Position numbers and translations under genes: made by a program. The notes beneath the pieces are model-generated. The model was not told the DNA's origin. It did no database searches and saw only the letters and a list, made by a program, of their open reading frames with translations. From Lophium mytilinum (Eukaryota): a DNA stretch of 64,000 bases. The stretch spans positions 124,001 through 188,000 of the forward strand of contig MU004201.1 of NCBI GenBank assembly GCA_010093605.1, given 5' to 3'. This document shows, piece by piece, positions 23,503 to 36,440 of the stretch; position 1 is the first letter of the stretch; the number at the start of each line of letters is the position of its first letter.

Positions 23503-26500
23503 CCCTTCGTAAGACAAGTGCTAGCGTTGGTTCGTGCACGTAAGCCGTAAGCCGTATACGACGTAGCATCGTGCAAGGGGGCTGGATTTCTCGTTTGTTA
23601 GCGTTTGCCACCAAAACTAACAATAGCTACTCATAAAGTTATGCTTAATGCATTGAGAATCTTCAAAAAATCGTATATAGCTCGTTTTTCGTGGTGTTGA
23701 GGCCGGAGTAGGCTCAAAATGGGCAGGCTGCTGCAGCCTTCCCATTTCCTACAGTCTTTCCATCTGAACCTCGTGCGGCAGAGGCTTGTGATAGGGCTCC
23801 ATGCACTTCCTATAGAGAGGCTTGAGGCACGCTTTGCATCTGTAGATAGTCTTTGAAGTCCTCTTCCGTGAGCCTACTTTTGTTGTAGCCTTAATCCAGC
23901 GGCAATAGAAATAGAGAGGTTGTGATTTTTGAACGTGATAGAACCTCTCAATCACGTGCCCGTAGCCTCGTAGGCGTTTAGATAGCAGCATAGTATGCCG
24001 AGTTATATACGGCTGACGGTGCGGTTGATGGTGCTGCTCGTGATGAGGCCGGAATTGACCTGATTTGTATACGCTGGAGGACCTCAATGCTAGGTCGTAA
24101 TGGAAGGCGTCCTCCTGCATCCTTAGGTGCCCGATTCGCACTAAATTCCACGCCAATCGGATGCGGAACTTCCTGTGCACGTTTAGTGAGGCATTTCTAG
24201 TTGTACGGAAGAGGATTTTGCTAAGTATATAGGCGTTGATAATGGCCGCATCAAGAGCCCAAAAGAACAGCGGCATCCAGATGCGAGAGGCCGTGATTTG
24301 GGTGTTGTAATAGCTGCGCAGCTGATCGTGAATATTAACACCCCCCATCCAGTTGTTGTAGTCAATTGAAAGCTTAGGAAGACGTAGAGATTTGAGAGGA
24401 TCGTCGCCCCATACTTCGGCGACTATCTTCTTTAATTGCGCCGTATAAGCGTGCGGGCGGCGGCGAAGAACCTCGTCGTAGTCTGATGGCTGAGCGCTGT
24501 AAGCAGTAGTGAGAAATCTCACGAGATTCTTGTCTTGCCATACGATTGAGAGGACGTCCTCCTCTGAGCCTGGAGCTCTCACAACTACTCTAGAGAATAG
24601 ATTGAAAGGAAGCCGTGACTTTGCTTTATCTATAGCTTTGTGCGCAGCTGGATAATGCATTGAATTGGACCTCGCGGTGCCGCAGGCGGCGATTCCTATG
24701 GACCTGAGCGCGCCGAAGAGATTAATATTGGTGAAGTAGTTGTCGCAGTAGAGGACGTAGCGCTGCAGGTAAATAGGTAGTGATGCATAGAGCTCGAACA
24801 CGGCTTTGCTGGTGGCGTTGAGAGTGTAATTAAGGGCTTGAGTGCGCTGAGAGAGGCCGTATACTCCATCAAATCCGGAGGTGAACCGGAAGGCGTAGCA
24901 GTAGCCATATTGACAGAGAGAAAAGATCTTGTAGCCCTTAGGAATGGGTTTTCCGGGTATCTTAACGGTGTGAGAGCTTCGGCCGGTAAAGCGCACCATT
25001 ATCTCATTGATTGAGACTATAGATCCGGGTATAATATAGCGTTGGAAGTTGTTTTGAAGCGTTGATGCGAAGAATTGAAGCTTTTTGAAGAGGTGCACGC
25101 GTTTCGGCGGTTCCTCGGCTGCGCCGGGCGCCGGTTGTTCCGGCTGTTCTAATTAGTTAGCAAGTAAGCTTAAATTAAGCTCAGCCAGTTAGAGCAGTAG
25201 GACGCTCGCTTCGCAGGCTGCTGCCTAGCGAGATGACGTTATAAGCCTTGCACCTCGAAAACGTACCAGGTAAACATGGAAATATCTTTTGATCTGCTTC
25301 CACCTATTACAACTCATATACCTAGCAATCGCATGCACCGGCTGCTCGGAGCTTAGGTTCTATATATCCTCTACTCTCGGCGGCTGGAAGACCCCAATAT
25401 AGATGACAATTCCAACCCAAATCATTAGCTCAGCGGCGCTGACGTCCTTCCAGGCCTTTTTCTTCACACCTTTCCATCGCCCATTCGAATTGACGTCCTC
25501 AGCACGTAGCTGCGCAGCTGCATACGCATTTGTAGCCTTTGTGCAATGCTTAAAGAGCTTAAGAGTAAACAGTAGCTTGAAGATGCGCCACGGCAAGTCC
25601 CATCTAGATTTACAACCTCCAGAACCGTGCTTATTGAGGTCCTCAGCTCTCTCTCCACTAAGACAAACTTCCGCATCCTCTCGCCATCCTTCCGGGGCCT
25701 TGGGCGGCCCAAATTGCTTCGGATGGCGCGGCAGGCAGGCCTTAGAGTATAGGACTTCATTAGCCTTAATGGCAGCCGTCCGGAGGCTCTCGGGCAGGGC
25801 GCTGGTGACGATTTTTGATGGAATCTCATCGACTTTAGGCATCGGATTCCAGCTAATAGGAACGGCAGGCAGGTCCTCAACAAGTACAGGAGGCTCTCGC
25901 GGCTCGGCGGCATCATCTTTCTCTTCATCGGGCCTACGTAGAGAGGCAAACTCGTCGGTTCGATGCACCTGAGCCACGAGCTCCTCGTCCTCTTCCTCAT
26001 CGGCCACCGAGGGCCTCGGCGGCTGGCCATCTGATGGCTTTCCAGCACGGGAATTCGGCCCTGAAACGTGATCCTGAGGAAGAATAGGCGGCTGCCAGAT
26101 GAAGGAAATAGGCCCAGATTGTACGGTTGGAGTAGCCTCATTTTCGGCCTTTTTGGGTGCCTTTTTGGGTGCCTTTTTAGGTGCTTTTGGAGCTTTTGGA
26201 GCTTTTGGAGCTCTCGGCATACTAAGAGAGATTTGACGGCTAACAAGCACAATAGATGAAGAACCAGCACGTAAAATTGGCTGTACAGAGTTTTCTAATG
26301 ATGCGCAGCTACCTACGAGCCCCCGAGGCTATATACCGTATTTTCAGACGTCCTACACGACACGTAGCTTACGTGCAGCTTAATAGCTCGCTTAACAGCT
26401 TCAAAAACGGAATATATCGACGATTTATTGTTACGGTGTGCACAATCGTGCATTAGCCGTCGGCACTTCGGAGGTCTCAGTTTGGTAGGGGGCCCCTTAC

Positions 26501-26580
26501 AAGCGCTGACTCCGGCTATGCGCTAATGCAAGACTAGCCTAGGTGCTTTAAAATCGCACGAAAATTTGTCTCCTAAAGGG
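23503..26580 (-). mobile_element. piggyBac-like DNA transposon, 3078 bp, CCCTT...AAGGG termini, apparent 2-bp TSD AT
   Basis: Left end CCCTTCGTAAGACAA; right end reverse complement CCCTTTAGGAGACAA. AT at 23501-23502 and 26581-26582. It encodes a piggyBac transposase. Confidence 0.92.
23749..26220 (-). pseudogene. piggyBac transposase (DDE_Tnp_1_7-type), two exons (26220-25267, 25143-23749), one premature TAG at 25360-25362
   Basis: Motifs SINEIMVRFTGR..KPIPKGYK, YCDNYFT, YNNWMGGVNIHDQ and a Cys-rich C-terminus. Intron GTACGT...GCTAAC...CAG at 25266-25144 joins the frames in phase 0 (~782 aa). Confidence 0.9.
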
Positions 26581-29182
26581 ATCCTTAAGGACCATAACCT
26601 AGAACTAGGAATGCGCCACGCTATTAAACTGGCCCATATTATGACTAACGGCGTTACCTACAACGCAGTTTCCCTTGCAGCGATATTGTACAACCTTAGT
26701 AAAGTGGAACTTAATTAGGGGGAGTCTTAGAGTAACCCTAATAAAGAACTATAGAAGCTACTAATATAGGGGGAGTTATAGAGTAACCCTGCCGATAGTG
26801 CCGCAGAGCAAGATATAGTGCATCGCATATAAGAAGCCCTTATTAATAACGCCGTTGGCAACGCTATTAAAGACGCCATTGGAGCTAAGCTACGCCGCTT
26901 ACTAATAGACATCGTTAAGAACCACGGCGTTAAGCTTAAACTCCACAATTATATAATCTACAACGGCCTTATCTTTATCCGGAAAGACCGTCTATACGTT
27001 CCTGCTAAGGAGAAACTACGGTTAGCCATTATTAAGAGCCTTTATAAGCCACTACTGGTTAGTTACGGTGGAACTACGTCCACCTATAACCGCGTTTTAA
27101 CGTATTATTTCTGGCTACGGATAATAAATAACGTCGACCGATATATTAAGGCTTGCCAGCCTTGTAATTGCATTAAGCACGCACGCAACGCAAAGTAAGG
27201 CTTTCTTAAGCCACTTCCTATCCTAGAGCGATACTAGACCAATCTTATAGATAATTTCATCGGCCCTCTACCTAAATACTTACATTTTGGACGGGACTAC
27301 TAATACGTTATAGTAGTTATTAATAGACTCTCTAAGATGCGCAAGTTTATTCCTATAGTTACTATAGACGCTAAAGAAGTGGCCTAAGCCTTTCTTAAAT
27401 GGGTATGGCGCACTAAAGGATATCTATAGTCTATTATTTCCGACCGAGGAACACAATTTGTCTCGACCTTCTAGTCTTGCCTGTGTAAGCGCATCGGCAT
27501 AAAGCCAAAGCTCTCTACCTCTTTTTACCTAGAGATAGATGGATAAACGGAAATCGCTAACATGGGCCTAAAATAGTACCTTAGAGCCTATATTAACTAC
27601 TAGCAGGATAACTAGTGTAACTTCCTCGCTGTTGCTAAATTTAAAGCCAACTTATTAAGAAACGCCTCTACCGGAGTAGCCCCCTTTATGGCTACTAAGG
27701 GCTACATTCCCAGCGCGGGCACTAAACCAGCCGCGCGGTTGCCTGAAGACGCGAACGTACCAACAATTCGTCTTACTAAGCTAGCAGATAAGCTCGTTAA
27801 CAAACTAGACAGGCTACGCCCGTTCCTCCGCACGGAAATTAAATGGGCCTAGGCCAAACAAAAGGAATATACTAACGCCGGACAACGACCCGCTTACACG
27901 TATTATCTAGGCGATTAAGTCATGCTTAACAGACGGTTCATTAAAACAAACCGCCCGAATAAGAAACTTAACTTTAAAAAGCTAGGCCCCTTTAAGATCC
28001 TAGAAAGCTACAAAAACGGCAGCGCATACAAGCTTAAGCTACCTAAGGGCATAGAAAACCTGCACCCTATCTTCTATCCTTAGCTACTCTACCCGGCTGA
28101 CGCGGTCCCTATAAAAGGCTAGCGTAATCTTAAGCCCCCACCTATATAGACAACACTAACATATTAAAAAGGTAATACTAAAGAGGTTATAGATAGCCGC
28201 CTAGATAGAAGATATCTTAATTCTACTACTAGTAAAAGGGGCATGCTACAATACAAGATTAAGTTTGTTAGATGGGACGATAAGCCCTAATAGGACAACT
28301 ACAATTGCGCCGACGGTTACCTACACCTTGTTGCAGATTTCCACCACTAGTATTCTAAGAAACCGGGCCCTTACTTATTATTCCAACCACTATTAGACTA
28401 GGAGCCGACCTTAGCTACTATCCTTGCCGCTATGGACCTCCGTATAACTAACGTTATAGAAGCTACGTAATTTAATTACTGGACCGGCGGTTGAATTAAT
28501 TCATTAAGGAGGCCTAACCGCGGACGTGCGCGATAATTAATGCGGAACAACGCAGATTATTACAAGCACCTAGTAGTAGGTTAGCAGCTATAAAGGCTAT
28601 ACGGCTCCTTACGGCCCTATTATAGCCGGCCCCAGTCTAGATAAATAAGGCTACTTATAGCAACACTGCGCATAGCAATACTGCGCATAGCAACACCGTA
28701 TATGGCAACACTGCGCATGGCAATACTGCGCATAACAACACTACTAGGCTCACGAAAGAAAGACTGCACTAAATAGTAGGGCTGTAAAGAACTATATAAA
28801 AATGGGAAGGATAAGCAATCCTCTATAAATTAATTTATTTCCTTTCTTTAAATTACGACTGTAGCATAATTAGGCACTTTATTTAATAGATATTTAGGCG
28901 ATTATAGATACTCTAGCATAGAAAGGACTCTCTTACGAGAAGGAGGCTTTAATCGGGGGGCTCCTTTAGAGGGGGGAGACGTGTTATAGCTATACGATTG
29001 CGCATAACACGTAACTAGAGGTCATGTAATGGAGGCTCTGCGGAACGGGCGAACGTTGCTCCGCCCCTTTGGGTTATTACAACGTCCGTCCTAGGAACCT
29101 CTCTCTCTCTTGTATTTATCTTTTGTTAATATCAATACTATTCAATTTAACGATTCCGACGTTCTAACCTTGAGCCCTAATA

Positions 29183-30964
29183 GAATATAAAGAAAAATAG
29201 GAGAAGAAATAGAAGTCCTTCTATAAATCTACGCGGCGAGGGCCACTAATACTAGCTCTTAATACTAAATAGAGCAAAAAATAGAAAACTATGCATAAAG
29301 GGCTTATAAAGGTATAAAGTACTATCTTTATAAATCTATAAATAGAATATATAGGGCTTAACGGCTACCTGCATTATATATAAGTGCTAGGCCACCTAAT
29401 ACTAGCCTGCCTCTGCAGGCACGGCCTCTAATCGCCTAACTATGTAGTAATAAGCTATAAGAGGCACGTAGAGGGCAGAGGTAAACTATTTAAGAAAGTA
29501 AAGACCTGGATGTACAAGGAAATATATAATAGTAAAAAGGGACCTAAGGTAATAGCCCGCTAGTTTCTATAGAAAATGGACCTACTACTCTACCTCTTAA
29601 TAGCTAGAGAGATAGAAATAGAAAGGCCGTAGGCTTAGCCTTCCTATTTCTAACAGCCTTACTATTTCTAATAGCCTTACTATTACTAATAGCCTGCCTA
29701 TAGGCCGTATATAGAATAGCCCTTAGCTATACTATAGCTCTTAGCTATACTGTAGCGGCTTATACCTACCACGCGCAGCTATAGACTCCCCCCGGCACTT
29801 AGTATAGATAGTTAGCTTCGGGTACCTAATAGATAGTTAGCTTTGGGTACCTAATATATACTCTCCGGCGTATACTCCCGTTCCTTACAGCCTTTCTATT
29901 TCTAAACAGCCTAACTATTTCTAAACAGCCCTTCTATTTCTAAGTAGCCCGTCTACTTTATAACAGCGTACATATAAGGCTTTTCTTCTCTATTAACTAG
30001 TTATGCTATAAAAGCTTATACTTACTATAAGTAGCTATATACTTCCCGTCTATAGACTATAAGCTACATACTTAGCTAAGCTATAGTAGCCTATACTTGC
30101 TATTATAGCTGCGTACTATATACGGCCACCTATAGCCTTCGTATTTTAGTTTAGTCCCCCTATTTAGTTCTTCCGTTTTAGTCCTCCAGTACGCTCTGCT
30201 AGCTCTCCGGCCTCAGCCCTCCTATTCTTACAGCCTACCTATAAAACAATAGCCTACCTATAAAACAATAGCCTACCTATAAAATAATAGACTACCTATA
30301 AACTATTAGCTACCTATAGCCTTTCTATTTTAGTCTAGTCCCCCTATTTAGTCCTTCGCTTTAGTCCTCTAGCACGCTCTGCCGGCCCTCCGGCCTTAGC
30401 CCTCTTATTCTTACAGCCTACCCCTAAAACAATAGCCTACCTATAAAATAATAGACTACCTATTAACTATATACTTTCTATATACCCCCCGGAGTGGGAT
30501 AATATTACCGCTGCTAAATTAACCCTACACTATAGCTAGATACTACCCATACGCTATATAGCCTTCCCGTCTCTAATAGCCTATACGGCCTCTACTATTT
30601 ACTTTACCTTGTTACCTAGACGAAGGCCCCGCGAGCTTATAACTTACACGCGGGCCCTTACGCTAATTCTATACTAGCTAATTATCCGGATTCTACTCGG
30701 CCCGAATCTAGAAAGATAAGAATAAACTAACCCGGATAGATATAAGACAACGCATCTTAATAGCTTATTCTATAGTAGCTCTTATAGACCTACTATATAT
30801 CCCCTAAAGTAAATATAATAGAGAAGGGCAATCCAGGCCAGCTATAATAGAGTATAAGGTTTTTACCCGAAGGCTACCCCGCAGTAAACGGTTTCCCCTT
30901 ATACATTAGCCTAGATAGAACAGCTGCATGGACCCTAACGGGAGCTACACTAGCGTAATAAAAC

Positions 30965-30996
<32 letters not shown>
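29183..30996 (+). mobile_element. Tad1-like LINE, 3' fragment (ORF2 C-terminal zinc finger, long 3' UTR, (AAT)10 tail)
   Basis: Translates to ...GLNGYL...ACLCRHGL...HVV.. (RIPed CPCG-x-H-C finger). Ends in (AAT)n at 30967-30996. It is the reverse complement of 34178-35741. Confidence 0.85.
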
Positions 30997-33900
30997 CTAA
31001 GTAATACTGTTTACTTTAAGCAAGATTTATAGAAGCACAATATAAATGCTTAAATAATTAGCTAAAGATATTAACACTCCATCCTACTACTATTTATAGA
31101 GTAGGATATAGATATAACTATTTCTAATATTGTAAAACAGTACTTAACTCTTATATAATAGAAAGAATCTTCTATATATAGTAAAGTTTGGTATCTACTA
31201 ATAAAAGCGTGCTACTTTCTTTATATTAAATACTAGAACCCTAATAAATTATACTATCTTATACAGTACTTTAGTATATATTAAAAGAATAGAATATTAA
31301 TATTAAGTTCTATTATAGTAGTGTAGCTCCTATTATAGTCTATATTGGTGCTCTATCTAGGTTAATCTACATAAAAAAACTATTACTAGGTACTATTTAG
31401 ATAAAGAGATTTTACTTTATAATGTATAGCGCTAAGAGGTTTTATATAGTACTATAGCTATTAGTATACTATAGTAGGTTTATTAAGCCTACTATAAAAT
31501 AGGTTATTATAATATATCTTCTTAGATTAATCCAGATAGGGTATAGTTATCCTCTTAGGTTTAGGCTGATTATAATATAAAGTAGAAAGATAGTATAAAG
31601 CTAGCCTAAAATAATTACACTAGAATAGCGCCTACGTATTCTTTATCTTAATAAAGTTGTTGCATATAATTAAAAAGTAGGTTACTTTATAACTTAAGAT
31701 AATTAGAAAAGCTATATAGTATATAAGTAGTGTATTGCTGCTAGGGAGGTATATATTAGGCGGTTACGTTATTCCACCCTATTTATAGCCCCTTTTAATT
31801 CAAGAAACATAGAAACTATAGTTAATAAGAATAGAGTAATTATTACTTAAAAAAAGCTAGTAGACTATAAAAGACTGCTTACTATTATAAATAATATAAT
31901 AGACGCTCTATAGATAAGTAATACTACTAGAGTGTTATTTAAAATAGAAAAGTGTTTTTAAGTTACACTATATAGAAAAAGTCTTAGCTTCTTAAGTAAC
32001 TTACTTTTAATCTAAATAATTAAACTTAATTAAAACTTAAATTACTACCTATGTAGACATTTTTATAAAATAGTAGACTAAGTTCTATTTAAGGATTTAG
32101 TTTCTTACTTTACTTCTAACAATAGTATAGTTCTACTTATTAGAGATAATATATAAAATAAAAATAGTTTTTCATAAATTCTATTTAAATCTAAGTCTAT
32201 TTATTTAGTGGAGAATATTGTTTTATATTGTTTTATAATACAGATGTATAAAGTTAAGAAAATGTTATATTTTAGAGTATAATTCTAAAAGAAATCAATT
32301 ACTAGTATTAATATATAGAAGAGAAAACAAAAGAATAATCTTAACTTAATGTAAAGATGGAACTATAATTCTATAAGAGATATAAATAAAGCTTTTAAAT
32401 TCTTAAAGCTAAATATAACAAATAAGAACTAGTATACATTAAACTAATAGTATAGTAGAAGAAGTAAAAGTAGACTAATTCCTAGTATAATAGAAGTATT
32501 AAAAAGAAGTAAAAAACTCTAAATAATATAGTTTCTTCTTCTTTAAGAGTACTATTATTATATATTTAATTATGATGCCCTATAACTATTACCTTTATAA
32601 CTTTTCTACTAGTACTCTAATTCATCTATTAAATTAACCTAAATACTATAAGCGCTAAGTTCCGTCTTTTCTATAGATTACTACAATTAATATACTCTAT
32701 TTATTGTAGAGTTATAGTAATGTTTTAGTATATAGATTAAGTCTAATCTAGAGTAATAGGGGCTGCTTTACATTTATTACTTATTTAATCTAAGGATACT
32801 TAACTATCTTTAGCATTAATAGATAGTCCTCTAACTTCTAGAGTTCTCTAAATAAAAATAGGTAAAAATTATTGTTGAAGGAGTTGGGTATCCTTAACAT
32901 TAGTAGAGGGGTCTTTTATAGTAGAAAGTACCCGATTACCTTCTTTAGCTTTTATAGAAGAGCCCTCAATAATAGACAGTGTATTCCCTTTTTTATGAAT
33001 TAAATTTGGTAATTCTAGTTGCGCCCATATATGTTGAGGATGTATATGCAAGTTTTCGCCTATTAGATGCTCTGTTAATAGTTGAAAATTATGGGACTGC
33101 AAAGTTTCAGCCTCTTTAATTTGTATTTGGGGCTCTTTTTTAGTTCTAGCTTCTTTTTGGTTTCTTATATCCTTCTGATTATTATTTGGTACTATTTTAC
33201 TCTGCTTATTATTTCTTGCATTATCTGTATTTTTATTATTATTGCGTCTAATAAACTTTTTTCGCCTAGTATTTCTTGATATAGATCCTCTTGTAAGTTT
33301 TTTATGTCTTTGATTAGTTATACGCATTATCATTAAGGGATGTAATATAGATCTATTATAGTACTATAGATAGTAAGTTTAGTTAGCTTTTACTAGTCTT
33401 AGTTCTATTGTACTAGACTAGGGTAGTAACTTACAGAGATAATTATCTTCTTTAGCTAAAGCTTAGAAACTGGTGAGAAGTTTAATTGCTAGTAGCCACT
33501 TTAATAGTATAAAGAAAACTTTAATTAAGACTAGAGTTTTTTAAGAGGTAAAGATATACTAAAGTATACTTTGATTTAAAAGTATAGTTATAGAGCTTAT
33601 ATTAAAAGTATTAATAGAAGAGAACTATACTATAGTAGGAAAGCTATATAGTAATGGTTAAAAGCTTTATATATACTAATAATAGATATATTATTCATAT
33701 ATTATATAGTAGTTAAAATATATTAACAAGAATTCAAATAACTTATAAGAAGAAATTATAGAACTTAATTTCTATATAAATTAAAGCATTAAGTTAGTAT
33801 AAAAAAGCTATATAAAGAAGGCTTTCTATAATAAAAAAGAGAATGTTAATTAATTTAAGGATAATTAATAAAGAGCTTAAAAGGTTGAATATATTTAAAG

Positions 33901-36440
33901 AATATTAATTTACTAGAGTAGTTAATTTCTAGTTTATTACTATAGAATAGTATTATAGCTATATATAGAGTCTTTAATATAAATTATAGTTATTATTATA
34001 ATTATAAAAGAACTTATACTAAGTTAAACTTACTTTAATATAGTTCTACTTTAATAATTTAAGTATATCTAAAATCGTTTTATCTAACTAATCAAGAAGC
34101 TATTTAGATTAATCTTAATAAACTATTTTAAATAATATTAAAAATCGTTCTATTTAACTACTTTAAATATATATAGATATTAAGTTCTATTATGCTAGTA
34201 TAGCTCCCGTTAGGGTCCATGCAGCTGTTCTATCTAGGCTAATTTACCAGGTGAAACCGTTCGCTGCCGGGCAGCCTTCGGGTAAAAACCTTATACTCTA
34301 TTATATCTAGCGTGAAACGCCCTTCTCTATTGCATTTACTACGGGGGATATGTAGTAGGTCTATAAGAGCTACTATAGAAGAAGCTATTAAGATGAATTA
34401 TTCTATATCTATCCGGGTTAGTTTATTATTATCTTCCTAGGTTTAGGCTAAATAGAATCCGGATAACTAGCTAGTATAGAATTAGCGTAAGGGCCCGCGT
34501 GCAAGTAGTGCGCTTGCGGGGCCTTCTTCTAAGGCAATAAGGTAAAGTAAATAGTAGAGGCCGTGTACGCTATTAGAGATAGAAAGGCTATATGGCGTAT
34601 AGATAGTATACAGCTGCAGTATAGGGTTAAGTTAGCGGCGGTAATATTATCCCGCTCTAGGGGGAGTATATAGGAGGTATATAGTTTATAGGTAGTCTAT
34701 TATTTTATATATAGGCTGTAAGAGTAGAAGGGCTAAGGCTAGAGGGCCGGTAGAGCGTGTTGAAAGACTAAAGCAGAAGGACTAAATAGAAGGACTAAAC
34801 TAAAAAAGGAAGGCTATAGGTAGTTACGTATAGTACGCAGCTATAATAGTAAGTATAGGCCGCTATAGCTTAGCTAAGTATATAGCTTATAGTCTATAGA
34901 TAGAAAGTATATAGCTACTTATAGTAAGTATAAGCTTTTATAGTAGAACTAGTTAATAGGGGAGAGGGGCCTTATATATACGCTGTTGTAAAGTAGATAG
35001 GCTACTTAGAAGTAGAAGGGCTATTTAGAAATAGGTGGGCTATTTAGAAATAGGAGGGCTGTAAGGAATAGAAGTATACGCTAGAGAGTATATATTAGAT
35101 ACCCGAAGCTAAATATCTATACTAAGTGCCGGGGGGAGTCTATAGCTGCGTATAGTAAGTATAAGCCGCTATAGTATAGCTAAGAGCTATAGTATAGCTA
35201 AGGGCTATTCTATATACGGCTTATAGGCAGGCTGTTAGTAATAGTAAGGCTATTAGAAATAGTAAGGCTGTTAGAAATAGGAAGGCTAAGCCTATAGCCT
35301 TTCCGTTTCTATCTCTCTAGCCATTAAGAGGTAGGGTAGTAGGTCTATTTTCTATAGAAACTAGCGGGCTATTACCTTAGGTTCCTTTTTACTATTTTAT
35401 ATTTCCTTATATATTTAGGTCTTTACTTTCTTAAATAGTTTACCTCTGCCCTCTACATGCCTCTTATAGCTTATTACTACGTGGCGAGGCAATTAGAGGC
35501 CGTGCCTGCAGAGGCAGGCTAGTATTAGGTAGCCTAGCACTTATATATAATGTAGGTAGCTATTAAGCCCTATATATTCTATCTATAGGTTTATAAAGAT
35601 AGTACTTTTAGCCTTTATAAGCCCTTTATGCGCAGTTTCCTATTATTTACTCTATTTAGTGTTAAGAGCTAGTATTAGTAGCCCTTGCTGCATAGATTTA
35701 TAGAAGGACTTCTATTCCTTCTTCTATTTTTCTTTATATTCGCACTTAATTGTAAATTGCCTTAAGCGCTTATAGGCTCCTTTTAACTCCCCTTAAACCT
35801 AGTGCATAACCTTATAGCCTTCGCTGCTAGGTTATAGAGTATATCTTGTCTGCTATAGCTATATTTTAGCGTTGTAAGCGGTTTATAGTTAGCGTAGATC
35901 TCTCTTTATATATTACTACATGCTGTTTTATTATACTTACGTGCGGGCCCCTTATATTTGCGGTCCGCATAGGCCACTATAAGCCTCTCTAGCTTTATCT
36001 AAAGTAGGGGGCATAATATCTTATATTCTAGCACCTTAGTGCTTGTGGTTTTATATGCCCCTAAGATTCTCTAGAGGTAATAGTTCTAGACTATTTTAAG
36101 CTACTTAAGCTTTATTTTACTAAGCTTTTCTTTTATACCTAGTATAGTGTACTAGGTTATATATCTATATATAATAGCAGGTTATATTACTACTAAGTAT
36201 ATTAGGCGTGCCTTCCTAAAGCTTGCGCACTAGGTAGATACTATAAGTTAAGTAAGCGCCCCTATCTAGGTTATAGCCTTATTCTTTATAGTACTTATAT
36301 ACGGGCCCTACTTTAGCTTAGAGTCTACCTGCACTCCTAGCACTCTTAGGTCTATAATAGGGCCCTCTATAAAGCCCTATATATCTACTATAGCTTTAAG
36401 GTTAACTACTATGCGGGTTCTAGTAAAGTGGATAAGGTGG

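Larger units (their letters stand above)
12340..29182 (+). mobile_element. Gypsy family A, 5'-truncated (gag end, PR, RT, RNase H, IN, chromodomain, 3' LTR 28982-29182), hosting Gypsy B and piggyBac insertions
   Basis: Gag knuckle KEGRCFSC, GGGAAAC frameshift at 12810, protease LIDSS, RT KPGGGLRICV and YLNNIL (RIP of YLDDIL), RNase H resuming at 23041, integrase ~27000-27900, PPT GAGGGGGGAGAC before the LTR. Confidence 0.9.

Noticed and set aside
25403..26270. ORFs 25403-25972(+), 25464-26270(-) and 26068-26259(+) as separate genes
   Set aside because: Shadow frames over the GC-rich first exon of the piggyBac transposase, with no recognisable motifs.
32015..32045. Mononegavirus-like gene-junction motif (TTAATTAAAACTTAA)
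   Set aside because: Too easily produced by chance in RIPed AT-rich DNA, and no viral protein motif was recognised nearby.
29183..35741. Giant foldback element or integrated linear plasmid with ~1.6-kb terminal inverted repeats
   Set aside because: The arms translate to the LINE ORF2 C-terminal zinc finger plus 3' UTR. One ends in (AAT)n and the other continues into LINE RT, so they are two tail-to-tail LINE copies.
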